A stretch of 32,000 bases of DNA from Desulfotalea psychrophila LSv54 (GTDB lineage: Bacteria > Desulfobacterota > Desulfobulbia > Desulfobulbales > Desulfocapsaceae), in contig NC_006138.1 in NCBI RefSeq assembly GCF_000025945.1, forward strand, positions 2,460,001-2,492,000. Reading direction: 5' to 3'. The notes under the pieces were generated by a model. The model was given only the letters and a program-made list of their open reading frames with translations, ran no database searches and was not told the origin of the DNA. Positions 22,692 to 32,000 of this stretch are shown here, piece by piece. The stretch's first letter is position 1; each line of letters begins with the position of its first letter. A program made the translations under genes and the position numbers.

Positions 22692-25295
22692 TTAGAGCAA
22701 CTTGCTTACCACCTCGTGAACATCCGTTGAGAGATTTTCGGTGGCCAGAACCCGTTGCATCTCTTCTTTGGCGCGGAGTTGATGCGTCTCATCATATTTG
22801 CGCCAGCCGGTAAAGGCCGATGAGAGTCGGGCGGCTATTTGAGGGTTTGCCCTGTGCAGGGCAATGATATTATCGGCCAGAAAGGCGTAGCCGGCTCCGC
22901 TGACATCGTGGAAGCAGAGATGGTTATTGTTGGCAAAAAAGCCAATAAGGGCTCGGACCTTATTGGGGTTGGCCATGGAGAACTGAGGGTCTTTCATCAG
23001 TTTCTTCACTTGAGTCAGGGTATCCCCCACGGTTGATCCTGCTTGAATGGCAAACCACTTATCCATGACCAGAGGGTCTGCCTGCCACTTGTTGTAAAAA
23101 TCGGCAAGTAACTCCTTCTTAAGGGGAGATTCCGTATCAACCATGGCGGCCAGGGCGGCGATGGCATCGCTCATATTGGTTGCGCTATGGTACTGGTCGG
23201 CACAGGTCTGCCACCAGTCGGACATGGTTACTAAATAGGGCAGTACCGCATTTTTTATTGCCCTTCGTCCCATGGCGGCAGGAGTTATGGAGTAGGTTGT
23301 CTCTTCCTGATTCTCTCGATAGACCCTGGCCAAATCGTCTTGGCACTGTCGGGCAATCTCACTACGGACAAAGTCATGGGCCCTATGCAGATTCTCCACA
23401 TCTACCTGCGCCATCAGGGAGGCTAGATAACGTTCTTCGGGGAGACGAATGGCCTGGGCCACCAGGCTCTGGTCACCAACTGCCCGCAGATTTGCCTGCA
23501 TGGCCTCAACAAAGGCAGGTTTAAGGGTCAAAGTCTCACCTCTTTGCAACTGGTCCACCACCCTGAGAATGGTTTTAATGGTGAGGCGTTGACTTGCATC
23601 CCAGCGATTAAAGAGATCGCTGTCGTGGGCCATGAGAAAGACCAACTCGGCAGAGGGTTGAAATGGCTTAACTCGTACCGGGGCAGAGAAGCCGCGGAGG
23701 AAAGAGAGGACAGGCTTTTCCTTGATACCTTCAAAGAGAAAACACTGCTCAGTCTCCTTAAGATGGAGCACCCTGGTACCCTCGGCCAGCAGATCCTGGC
23801 CGTTTTCTCCAAGCAGACCCACCGCTACGGGAATATGAAAGGGGGCCTTGCTCTCCTGGCCCGGGGTGGGAGGACAGGTCTGGCGAATATAGAGACGATA
23901 GGTCTCCTCGTTGTTATTCCACTCTTCCTTCACCTCAAGACATGGGGTACCTGCCTGGGAGTACCAGTTACGAAAGAGGAGAAGATCAACGCCGGAGGCA
24001 TCCTCCATTGCTGCCACAAAATCATCGCAGGTTACGGCCTGACCATCGTGACGGACAAAATAGAGGTCCATGCCGGCCCGAAATTTCTCTGCCCCCAGCA
24101 GGGTATGGATCATGCGGATCACTTCGGCGCCCTTATTATAGACGGTGGCCGTATAAAAATTATTTATCTCCACATAGGCATCGGGACGAATGGGATGGGC
24201 CATGGCCCCGGCATCCTCCTTGAACTGATGGTCGCGCAGGACTTTGACATCGTCAATGCGCTGAACGGGCCGTGAGTTCATATCCGAGGAGAACTCCTGA
24301 TCGCGAAATACGGTCAGTCCTTCTTTAAGGCTGAGCTGAAACCAATCACGACAGGTCACCCTGTTACCGGTCCAGTTATGAAAATATTCATGGGCGATAA
24401 CACCTTCAATCCCCAGATAATCGCGATCGGTGGCTGTTTCGGGCAGGGCCAGGACATATTTGGAGTTAAAGACATTGAGGCCCTTATTCTCCATGGCCCC
24501 CATATTAAAATCATCCACGGCCACAATCATAAAAATATCAAGATCATACTCAAGACCAAAAACATCCTCGTCCCACTTCATTGCTTTTTTCAGGGAGACC
24601 ATGGCGTGGTCACACTTTGTCTTGTTTCGTTCTTCAACAAATATCTTCAGGGCTACTTCTCGACCGAAACGAGTGGTAAAACTCTCCTCAATGGCAACAA
24701 GCTCACCTGCCACCAGGGCAAAGAGATAGGATGGTTTGGGGTGTGGATCCTGCCAAAGGGCAAAGTGTCTGCCGCCTTCAAGTTCACCTGCATCTATCCT
24801 GTTGCCATTTGAGAGCATTACGGGACAGGCCTTTTTGTCGGCTTCGATACGGGTGGTAAAGGGGGCAAGGACACAGGGACGATCAGGATAGTAGGTAATC
24901 TTGCGAAAGCCCTCTGCCTCACACTGAGTGCAGTAATTACCGTTTGTTCTATACAGTCCCTCAAGAGAGGTGTTCTTATCCGGATAGATCTCAGTCACCA
25001 ACCGGAGTATAAAATTTTCTGGTACATCTGCAATACGCAGGAACTTATCCGTTTGCTCATAGTCGTTTTTATTAAGAGTGCGACCATCAAGGGCGACCTC
25101 CTTAAGAAGAAGCTCTTCACCGAGCAGGAGAAGACCCTCGGCAGGGTTCCCATCCGGGTTTTGTCTGTAGGATACCGTGGCTGTAACCACGGCTCTCTCT
25201 GCAAAGAGTTGGAACAACAGCTCAGTTTTTTCCACTAAAAAGGCGGGGGAGGTATAATCTTTTCTATAAATTGTCTCATGCTCTGGAGATTGCAT
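22692..25295 (-). CDS. pepN: Aminopeptidase N (M1 family)
   Basis: GAMENKG exopeptidase motif and the HEYFHNWTGNRVTCRDWFQLSLKEG zinc-binding motif. 867 aa. Confidence 0.9.
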   Translation of the reverse strand: MQSPEHETIYRKDYTSPAFLVEKTELLFQLFAERAVVTATVSYRQNPDGNPAEGLLLLGEELLLKEVALDGRTLNKNDYEQTDKFLRIADVPENFILRLVTEIYPDKNTSLEGLYRTNGNYCTQCEAEGFRKITYYPDRPCVLAPFTTRIEADKKACPVMLSNGNRIDAGELEGGRHFALWQDPHPKPSYLFALVAGELVAIEESFTTRFGREVALKIFVEERNKTKCDHAMVSLKKAMKWDEDVFGLEYDLDIFMIVAVDDFNMGAMENKGLNVFNSKYVLALPETATDRDYLGIEGVIAHEYFHNWTGNRVTCRDWFQLSLKEGLTVFRDQEFSSDMNSRPVQRIDDVKVLRDHQFKEDAGAMAHPIRPDAYVEINNFYTATVYNKGAEVIRMIHTLLGAEKFRAGMDLYFVRHDGQAVTCDDFVAAMEDASGVDLLLFRNWYSQAGTPCLEVKEEWNNNEETYRLYIRQTCPPTPGQESKAPFHIPVAVGLLGENGQDLLAEGTRVLHLKETEQCFLFEGIKEKPVLSFLRGFSAPVRVKPFQPSAELVFLMAHDSDLFNRWDASQRLTIKTILRVVDQLQRGETLTLKPAFVEAMQANLRAVGDQSLVAQAIRLPEERYLASLMAQVDVENLHRAHDFVRSEIARQCQDDLARVYRENQEETTYSITPAAMGRRAIKNAVLPYLVTMSDWWQTCADQYHSATNMSDAIAALAAMVDTESPLKKELLADFYNKWQADPLVMDKWFAIQAGSTVGDTLTQVKKLMKDPQFSMANPNKVRALIGFFANNNHLCFHDVSGAGYAFLADNIIALHRANPQIAARLSSAFTGWRKYDETHQLRAKEEMQRVLATENLSTDVHEVVSKLL

Positions 25296-25625
25296 ATCTA
25301 TCCTTTATCTATATTATTCATACAAAACATGTACCCTTCATCCCGTCAAATCAAGCTTGCCCTCTTTCGTTCTCTTTTTTTCTTTAAAAAAAGAATTTTC
25401 AGCAAACAAATATAAAAAAAACAGACAAAAACACGGGTTGAACGACAGAAATCAGTTGACACATGAACCGCGAAAATTATATCTTATCTAAAAAGAGAAT
25501 GTGACCCCATGGGGTCTTTACTTCTCAAACACCATGACTAGATTGTGCCATCTTATATAAAATATAAGACGCCTTTTTCGAACCTATCTGGCAACAATCA
25601 TTGTAAGAAAACTTTAGAGGATGAC

Positions 25626-26848
25626 ATGATAACAATCAATGAAAATTATTTAAAGCTCCAAGCCTCATACCTTTTTTCCGATATTGCAAAAAGAGTTGCT
25701 ACCTTCCAGGAAGAAAACCCTGAAAAAGAGGTTATTAAACTTGGTATCGGTGATGTTACCAGGGGTCTCACCCCAAGCGTTATTGCCGCATTCCACCAGG
25801 CCGTTGACGAGATGGCAAATGACAGCACCTTTCACGGCTATGGCCCCGAGCAGGGATATGCCTTTTTACGGGAGGCCATAGCTGAAAATGACTTCCAGAG
25901 CCGTGGGGCGGGTATCGTAGCCGATGAGATCTTTGTCAGTGATGGTGCCAAATGCGACACCAGTAATATTCAGGAGATATTCTCTGCCGAGACAAAAATT
26001 GCCATCCCTGATCCCGTATACCCTGTATATCTCGACACCAATGTTATGGCAGGACGCACCGGACTCTTTGCCGATGGCAGATATCAAAATATCGTCTACC
26101 TTGACTCCACCAAGGAGAACAACTTTGTCCCGGAACTTCCTACGGAAAAGGTTGATCTGATCTATCTCTGCTTCCCCAACAACCCTACAGGTTCCACCAT
26201 CACCAAGGCTGGCCTGAAAAGATGGGTTGACTATGCCATAGAGAACAAGGCCCTGATCCTCTTTGATGCAGCCTACGAGGCCTTTATCCAGGACGATACC
26301 CTGCCAAAGTCCATCTATGAAATAGAGGGCGCTGACAAGGTTGCCATTGAGTTTCGTTCTTTTTCTAAGAATGCAGGCTTCACCGGCACCCGCTGTGCCT
26401 ATACCGTTGTACCCAAGGCCTGTATGGCCTACGACAGCGAGGGTAACAGCCACTCCCTGCACAGTATGTGGAACAGACGCCACTGCACCAAGTTCAACGG
26501 GGTAAGTTACCCTATTCAACGGGCCGCTGCCGCCACATATACCCCCGAGGGCAAGGCTGAATGCAAAGAGCTCATCGATTACTATATGGCCAATGCCAAG
26601 GTTGTCTGTCAAACCATGACAAGCTGGGCTACTCCTATGTGGGCGGAGAAAACTCTCCCTATATCTGGATTGATGGTAAAACAGATTCCTGGGAGTTCTT
26701 TGATATGCTCCTCAGCAAGGCGGGGGTTGTCTGTACCCCGGGAGCAGGATTTGGCACCTGCGGAAATGGCTATATTCGCATTTCCGCCTTCAACAGCCCG
26801 GAAAATATAGAGAAGGCAATGGCAAGAATCACTGAAGCTCTCTCCTAG
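25626..26848 (+). CDS. dapL: LL-diaminopimelate aminotransferase, reading frame broken by a 1-nt deletion at about 26618
   Basis: [24 protein letters not shown]...YGPEQGY...[13 protein letters not shown] (PLP lysine) is DapL-like. After ...AKVVCQTM the conserved tail [21 protein letters not shown]...[13 protein letters not shown] continues in the +1 frame, and the codons atg and gac share G 26618. Confidence 0.8.
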
Positions 26849-26856
26849 AAAGAGAA

Positions 26857-26890
26857 AAGGCGATAGAGAAAATCTCTATCGCCTTTTTAT
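26857..26890. terminator. Bidirectional terminator between dapL and ispH
   Basis: ggcgatagag-aaaat-ctctatcgcc stem-loop flanked by AAAA on the left and TTTTT on the right. Confidence 0.75.
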
Positions 26891-27831
26891 TAATCAATAA
26901 GGCTTGCCGCCTTAAAATGAACCTTCTCCTGTTGTCCTGTCATCTCTGTTATCTCGTAGCGTCCTCTCTTCAGCAACCAGACGACAACTCCCTCCACCAG
27001 GCTTTCCGGTGCCGAGGCTCCGGCCGTAATGCCCACTCGCTCACAACCCCTAAACCAGGATTCTTTTAAATCTTTAAAGTCATCAATGAGATAAGCCGGT
27101 GTTCCTGTCTCCGTCCCCACCTCACGAAGGCGATTAGAGTTGGAGCTGTTCTTTGAGCCAACCACCAGAATAAGGTCGGTACAACGGGCCAGAGTTCTCA
27201 CCGCATTTTGCCGATTCTGGGTGGCAAAGCAGATATTTGATTTTGGCCCCTGCAAGAGGGGAAAGCGCCGTCTTAAAACCACAAGCACCTGCTCTATATC
27301 ATTTTCGGCCAGGGTTGTCTGGGTAACAAAGGCTATCTTTTCGGAATTATTGACCTGCAACTTCTCTGCCTCTGCCGCCGTTGCCACCACATAGACCTCA
27401 CCTGTCACCCTTCCGGCAGTGCCCTCCACCTCCGGATGTCTATGGTGGCCAATAATAACCACCGAACAGCCCTCGGCATGATACTTCTCAACCATGCGGT
27501 GGACACTGCTCACCAAGGGACAGGTGGCATCAATGGTTTTGAGGCCAAGCGCCTTTGCCCGTTTCTCTATCTGCAGGGAAACGCCATGGGCACTAAAGAT
27601 ACAGATGGCACCGGCGGGAATCTGCTCCAGCTCTTCGACAAAGACAGCTCCTCCCTGGCGAAGATTATCAATAACATGCCTGTTGTGGACAATTTCATGG
27701 AGGACATAGACGGGTTCTCCATGTTCCTTGAGGGCAAGCTTTACCGTTTCAATGGCACGCTCGACGCCGGCACAAAATCCCCTGGGGGAGGCAAGTCTTA
27801 TCTCAAGCTTTTTGTCAGATTCTGAAGACAT
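26890..27831 (-). CDS. ispH: 4-hydroxy-3-methylbut-2-enyl diphosphate reductase
   Basis: PRGFCAGVERAI, SAHGV, DATCPLV and the VVGSKNSSNSNRL motifs of IspH/LytB. Confidence 0.9.
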   Translation of the reverse strand: MSSESDKKLEIRLASPRGFCAGVERAIETVKLALKEHGEPVYVLHEIVHNRHVIDNLRQGGAVFVEELEQIPAGAICIFSAHGVSLQIEKRAKALGLKTIDATCPLVSSVHRMVEKYHAEGCSVVIIGHHRHPEVEGTAGRVTGEVYVVATAAEAEKLQVNNSEKIAFVTQTTLAENDIEQVLVVLRRRFPLLQGPKSNICFATQNRQNAVRTLARCTDLILVVGSKNSSNSNRLREVGTETGTPAYLIDDFKDLKESWFRGCERVGITAGASAPESLVEGVVVWLLKRGRYEITEMTGQQEKVHFKAASLID

Positions 27832-27859
27832 ATAATATCCTTATTCAACAGAGGTGTTA

Positions 27860-29452
27860 TCAGCGACAGGAGATTCCTGCCTGCATAAGGGTTGTCTTTA
27901 CCTCAGAGATTGGAACCTCTTCTCTGTGAAAGATTCCCGCTGCCAGAGCCGCATCGGCATCTGTTTCTCGGAAGACCTCGACAAAATCCCGGGCAGAGCC
28001 AGCACCACTGGAGGCAATAACCGGAATGGAGACAGCCTTCTTGACCAGAGAGATCAGTTCAAGCTCAAAACCATCGTTGGTACCATCCTTATCAATACAG
28101 TTGAGCAGAATCTCTCCCGCCCCCAGGGCCTCACAGCCCTGCACCAACTGGACAGCATCGAGCTTACTTCCCTCCCGACCGCCCTTAATCGTACACTGAT
28201 ACCAACAGTACTCTTCGCCATTAGGTCCTAAACTCCCTGTTTTAACACAGGTATGAGTAGTCTCGTCCGGGCTTTGTACGTAGACTCTGCGCGGATCTAC
28301 AGAGATAACAACTGCCTGCACACCATAGACGGCAGAGATCTGTTCGATGGAGCTCTTGCCGCTCTTCTTGCCGGTGGCCAGATATTCCTCAACAATGGCT
28401 ACGGCATCGGAGCCAATAGATATTTTATCGGCCCCGGATCTGAAATACTGAGCGGCAACGTCAAGGGCAGAGTAATACTTACCATTGCTATCGGTAAAGT
28501 CACGGATGCCACCACCAATGGTAAGGGGTACAAATACATTTTCAGAGGCCTTCTGCAGCACCTCAATCATGGGCTGGTCCTCCATGGGAAAATCTCTAAA
28601 GCCTGTTATATTGAGGAAAGTTACCTCGTCGGCCCCCTCCTGATAGTAGCGACGGGCAAGATCCACCGGTTTGCCCAGATTTCGCACCTCACCCTCCTGA
28701 CGAACATCATACTGATCGCCCTTGGTCACAACAAGATCACCGTTATCATTGGAGCGTACATCAAGGCAGGCAATAACACGCTTTGCATGCTCTGTCTTCT
28801 TCTCTATCTCAATCGGTACGATTGGAGTCTGCGAGGGCCTCTTCTGGGAGGAGAGGAAATTCTGGAGAAGGTTCAAACCGGCTTGTCCGCTCTTTTCCGG
28901 GTGGAACTGAAATGCGGTAACATTTCCCTTTTCCACCGCCGAGATAAAGCGAGTACCGTAATCTGTTGCTGTTAAGGCCCAATCCTCAGGCACAGTATCA
29001 AGGGGTGCATGGTAGGAGTGAACAAAATAGAGCTTTTCTTCCTCATAGCCAGCAAAGGAGGGAGATTCTTTGAGGAGATGAATGCCATTCCAGCCAATCT
29101 GCGGCACCGATAGGGCCGAGCGCACAAATTTTTTGATCTGCCCCGGCAGGATGCCAAGCCCCGCCACGCCGGGGGTCTCTTCACTGCCTTCAAACAGGGC
29201 CTGCAGGGCAACACAGATGCCAAGAAAGGGCTTGTCTTCCTCTATTCTTCGCTTGAGAGGTTCTATATAGCCACGGTCACGCAGGGTGTGCATCACAGAG
29301 CCAAAGCTTCCGACCCCCGGAAAGATCAGTTTATCTGCCGTTAAAATATCTTCGGGATGCTGTACCTCTACAATTTCACATCCTAACGCCCGAATAGCAT
29401 TACGTATACTACGAACATTGCCAGCCCCATAATCCAATAGCGTTACTTTCAT
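27860..29452 (-). CDS. hisHF: Imidazole glycerol phosphate synthase, fused glutaminase (HisH) and cyclase (HisF) domains in one 530-aa polypeptide
   Basis: N-terminal LDYGAGNVRSI and GICVALQ (catalytic Cys) from HisH. C-terminal RVIACLDV, VPLTIGGGIR, GAGEILLNCIDKDGT and AALAAGIFH from HisF. One uninterrupted ORF. Confidence 0.85.
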   Translation of the reverse strand: MKVTLLDYGAGNVRSIRNAIRALGCEIVEVQHPEDILTADKLIFPGVGSFGSVMHTLRDRGYIEPLKRRIEEDKPFLGICVALQALFEGSEETPGVAGLGILPGQIKKFVRSALSVPQIGWNGIHLLKESPSFAGYEEEKLYFVHSYHAPLDTVPEDWALTATDYGTRFISAVEKGNVTAFQFHPEKSGQAGLNLLQNFLSSQKRPSQTPIVPIEIEKKTEHAKRVIACLDVRSNDNGDLVVTKGDQYDVRQEGEVRNLGKPVDLARRYYQEGADEVTFLNITGFRDFPMEDQPMIEVLQKASENVFVPLTIGGGIRDFTDSNGKYYSALDVAAQYFRSGADKISIGSDAVAIVEEYLATGKKSGKSSIEQISAVYGVQAVVISVDPRRVYVQSPDETTHTCVKTGSLGPNGEEYCWYQCTIKGGREGSKLDAVQLVQGCEALGAGEILLNCIDKDGTNDGFELELISLVKKAVSIPVIASSGAGSARDFVEVFRETDADAALAAGIFHREEVPISEVKTTLMQAGISCR

Positions 29453-29551
29453 CTCTGATACATCCTTTTAACGTAAAAAATAGCTCGAACTAAAGATCAT
29501 CGCTTCCCTTAAAAAGAGAACCGATACTTCTCAAAATTATCTCAGGTAAGC

Positions 29552-30082
29552 TTAAAAGTCAAAGCCTGCCTGCGCCTTCACCCCCTGTTTGTAGGGATGC
29601 TTAACCTCTTTCATCTCAGTTACCAGATCTGCCTGTTCTATCATCTTCTCCCCTGCATATCTGCCCGTGACAATAATGTGCAGGGAGGGGGGCCTTTCCC
29701 CTATTGAACGAAGGATCTCTTCTTCGCTTATCATTGAATAGTGGGCAAGGTAGGTAAGCTCATCAAGAACCAGAAGATCATACTGGTTTGCTTTGATAAT
29801 TTCCTGGGCAAACGACCATGCCTTACGGGCAACCTCGATATCCTTATCCAGATCTTCACTTTTCCAGGTAAAACCACGGCCCCGGACATGAAAATCTACT
29901 CCGGGACAGGAGGTATAGAACTGCTCTTCACCCGTCTGCCAACCACCCTTTATAAACTGAATAACACAAACTTTTTTGCCATGGCCAAGGGCTCTGGCCA
30001 CATGCCCGAGGGCGGCAGTAGTTTTCCCCTTACCATTTCCTGTGAAAACTGCAAAAATACCCACTGCCATAACGGCCCCCAT
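29552..30082 (-). CDS. cobO: Cob(I)yrinic acid a,c-diamide adenosyltransferase (CobO/BtuR type)
   Basis: TGNGKGKTTAALG P-loop, QFIKG and LVLDELTY motifs. The start may instead be the ATG at 30070, which has a GGGGG 5 nt upstream. Confidence 0.8.
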   Translation of the reverse strand: MGAVMAVGIFAVFTGNGKGKTTAALGHVARALGHGKKVCVIQFIKGGWQTGEEQFYTSCPGVDFHVRGRGFTWKSEDLDKDIEVARKAWSFAQEIIKANQYDLLVLDELTYLAHYSMISEEEILRSIGERPPSLHIIVTGRYAGEKMIEQADLVTEMKEVKHPYKQGVKAQAGFDF

Positions 30083-30107
30083 CTGTTTATGATTTTAGCA
30101 TAGGCCA

Positions 30108-30147
30108 TAAAAAAAGGAGGTTACTCCCAAGCGGGAACAACCTCCTT
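30108..30147 (-). terminator. Rho-independent terminator after hup
   Basis: On the minus strand aaggaggtt...aacctcctt forms the stem and is followed by T7. Confidence 0.65.
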
Positions 30148-30260
30148 ACAGAGCAAATCTGTCAAAACCAGCGCCATGCCACTACAAAAAAATGAGCACC
30201 ACGGCATACTACAAACAAAGCGCTCTTCAGCTAGGGAAGCCTTAGAGGCCAAAGACAATT

Positions 30261-30533
30261 TTAGTTAATTGCCTCGGACAGCTTGCTTCCAGCTTTAAAC
30301 TTAGCAATGTTTTTCGCAGGTATTTTAATAACTTCGTTGGTTCTTGGATTTCTTCCGTCACGAGCTTCGCGCTTAGACACTGAAAAAGTTCCAAAGCCTA
30401 CCAGAGTAACCTTGTCACCTTTCTTCAAAGTCTCGGCAATTGCAGCCAAAGTTCCGTTCAATGCTTTTTCAGCGGCACCCTTGCTGATATCGGCTGCATC
30501 TGCAATACTCTCGATAAGTTCCTTTTTGTTCAT
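30261..30533 (-). CDS. hup: HU-family DNA-binding protein
   Basis: MNKKELIESIA...GFGTFSVSKREARDGRNPRTNEVIKIPA is a classical HU signature. RBS GGGAGG. Confidence 0.9.
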   Translation of the reverse strand: MNKKELIESIADAADISKGAAEKALNGTLAAIAETLKKGDKVTLVGFGTFSVSKREARDGRNPRTNEVIKIPAKNIAKFKAGSKLSEAIN

Positions 30534-30758
30534 GAATTCCTCCCAACTAAAAGCTCATTGCGTAATAACAGGAGAACTGATCCTCTCCCATTTTAGAATT
30601 GACCTGCTTGAAATTCTTAGTATTTCTAGCAAGGCCAGCTGATTAACTTAAGTGCAAATCACCTTAATTGAATAAATGTCCATATTCAAGCATAAAATGA
30701 TATTTTAGCTAAGCTATCCCCCGAAAAACCACGATTCTCTATAGGGGAGATGCAAACT

Positions 30759-31556
30759 CTACGACTGCCTACCGAGACAATCGACGAAGACACTATTAAA
30801 ACCCATTTTTGTGAAGAATGACAAGGTTTTTTCACGCATATTTCTCTGCATTGCCAGAATAATATCTTTTTCCTGCAGCTGGAGGAGAACCATATCGGCC
30901 CGAGGCTGCACTCGACAACCGGAAAAGCCAAGCCCCTGCAAGAATCTTTCACCCTGTTCTATGGAGGTTAACAGGTTCAGGCTAATCTTCGTGCCCCTCT
31001 CGATACGAGTTGCCAGGCATGAGTTAGAGCTAAGATTCCAATTAGCTAAGCCATGCTTTTTGGCAAGAAGACGAATTTCACCTTTGACCAGGCCTACCTC
31101 GGCAAGTGGTCGCGCTACCTCTTCCTCGATAAGGGCCTGAAGCCCGGGTCTATCCGCCTCTAAATCGCTTTTATTGGTGCCGTCAAGTAACTGGATTAAT
31201 ACTTCCCCTTGGCCACTGGATAGAGAGGTCTTAAGGGCTCTATACATATTTTTCTTACAAATATAACAACGCTCCCTGCCATTATTAACAAATTGATTCC
31301 ACTGCATGGGGTCAAGGATAAGCTTATGAGCCACACAGGAGTTGCCAAATTGCAGGGCCAAAAAGGCATCTACTCTTTTTGCAAAAAATTCATCCTGCAG
31401 GGAAGAAATAACAGTTACAACATGCACCTTTGACGGGCCCAGCGCCTGTCTCGCTGCATGGAGAAGAAAGCTTGAATCAATCCCGCCAGAAAAGGCAACA
31501 GCCACCTGAGGGTATTTTTTTATTGTCTGCAACAACCTTCTATATTTTTCTTCCAT
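30759..31556 (-). CDS. PP-loop ATP-pyrophosphatase, LarE-like (TIGR00268-type)
   Basis: VAVAFSGGIDSSFLL PP-loop and a CYICKK cysteine motif. The ATG at 31556 (GGGG 6 nt upstream) is preferred over the longer ORF-track start. Confidence 0.7.
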   Translation of the reverse strand: MEEKYRRLLQTIKKYPQVAVAFSGGIDSSFLLHAARQALGPSKVHVVTVISSLQDEFFAKRVDAFLALQFGNSCVAHKLILDPMQWNQFVNNGRERCYICKKNMYRALKTSLSSGQGEVLIQLLDGTNKSDLEADRPGLQALIEEEVARPLAEVGLVKGEIRLLAKKHGLANWNLSSNSCLATRIERGTKISLNLLTSIEQGERFLQGLGFSGCRVQPRADMVLLQLQEKDIILAMQRNMREKTLSFFTKMGFNSVFVDCLGRQS

Positions 31557-31692
31557 AATCATCCCCTTGGCCAAGATATTGCCACTTGGCCGTCTGCAAA
31601 TATGCTTGACATAGCTGGAGCTATCCCCTAATCTGACTGGCATAATAATATCTTATAAGCTCTTTTAAAAATGGTCATTAAATTACGGTAAT

Positions 31693-32000
31693 ATGAAACA
31701 AGACTCCAATATACCAAAGGTACGAGAATCCATAGATACAATTGATAATAGTATCTTGGAATTACTTAAAAAACGAATCGGTCTCGCTAAGGAGATTGGT
31801 AGACTCAAAAGCGAAGATAACAGGTCAAAATGGGATCCTCTCAGAGAACGTGAGATCTATGAACGACTTATCACCAGTAATGAGGGTGATTTTCCAGATG
31901 AATCACTTCGCTCGATCTTTCATGAAATAATAACCACCTGCAGACTATCGCAAAAAAAAGCAGTGGTAGCCTATCTCGGGCCGGAGGCCACCTTTTCTCA
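31693..32000 (+). CDS. pheA: Chorismate mutase / prephenate dehydratase (P-protein), N-terminal part; continues beyond the window
   Basis: IRESIDTIDNSILELLKKRIGLAKEIGRLK (CM type 2), then VAYLGPEATFS (start of the PDT domain). The frame is open to the window end and is not in the ORF track because it has no stop. Confidence 0.8.
   Translation, partial: MKQDSNIPKVRESIDTIDNSILELLKKRIGLAKEIGRLKSEDNRSKWDPLREREIYERLITSNEGDFPDESLRSIFHEIITTCRLSQKKAVVAYLGPEATFS

Noticed and set aside
25466-25518. Lysine riboswitch or attenuator upstream of dapL (TTGACA-like promoter, palindrome gaccccatggggtc at 25503-16)
   Set aside because: None of the L-box conserved blocks I remember (AGAGGxGC, GCCGAAG, CUGUCA) is present. 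The palindrome is short and lacks a U-tract. I keep it only as a possible promoter or operator, too weak to list.

Overview
This 32-kb chromosomal window has gene content that looks deltaproteobacterial (Desulfobulbaceae-like). The organism call is only a guess.

**Housekeeping flanks.** On the left are the frdB 3' end, a GGR-family flavoprotein and a small dihaem cytochrome c. On the right are pepN, dapL, ispH, a fused hisHF, cobO, hup, a larE-like gene and pheA.

**Mosaic accessory region between the flanks:**
1. A decayed IS3 element is wedged between an integron-integrase-like gene fragment and a truncated lipoprotein gene.
2. A translationally coupled SnoaL/SDR/FAD-oxidase/DUF1365/CFA-synthase/DUF2878 lipid-modification cluster follows, with decayed accessory genes. 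Next come a PNPOx-like gene, lipocalin Blc, a Grx-FTR fusion, UvdE and an Fe-ADH/AraC pair.
3. An ablAB (N-epsilon-acetyl-beta-lysine) module sits behind a solo IS end and a long structured leader.
4. A second, diverged copy of the module 'GGR 3' end - cytochrome c - palindromic repeat - truncated integrase' begins at 18985.
5. A roughly 2.6-kb repeat-rich islet with an AT-rich first gene lies at 20.1-22.7 kb. It encodes a TIR-like (CAP12/Pycsar-effector type) protein with an unrecognised N-terminal domain. That gene is followed by an attC-like imperfect palindrome, a 5'-truncated adenosine-deaminase-superfamily ORF, and six TTGC-N8-GCAA palindromes (four spaced exactly 42 bp apart).

Item 5 is my best candidate for something undescribed.

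**Caveats.** Several frameshifts, most at short homopolymers, hit IS, accessory and even essential genes (dapL), so sequence quality needs checking. All family assignments come from motif recognition by eye and memory; no searches were run.
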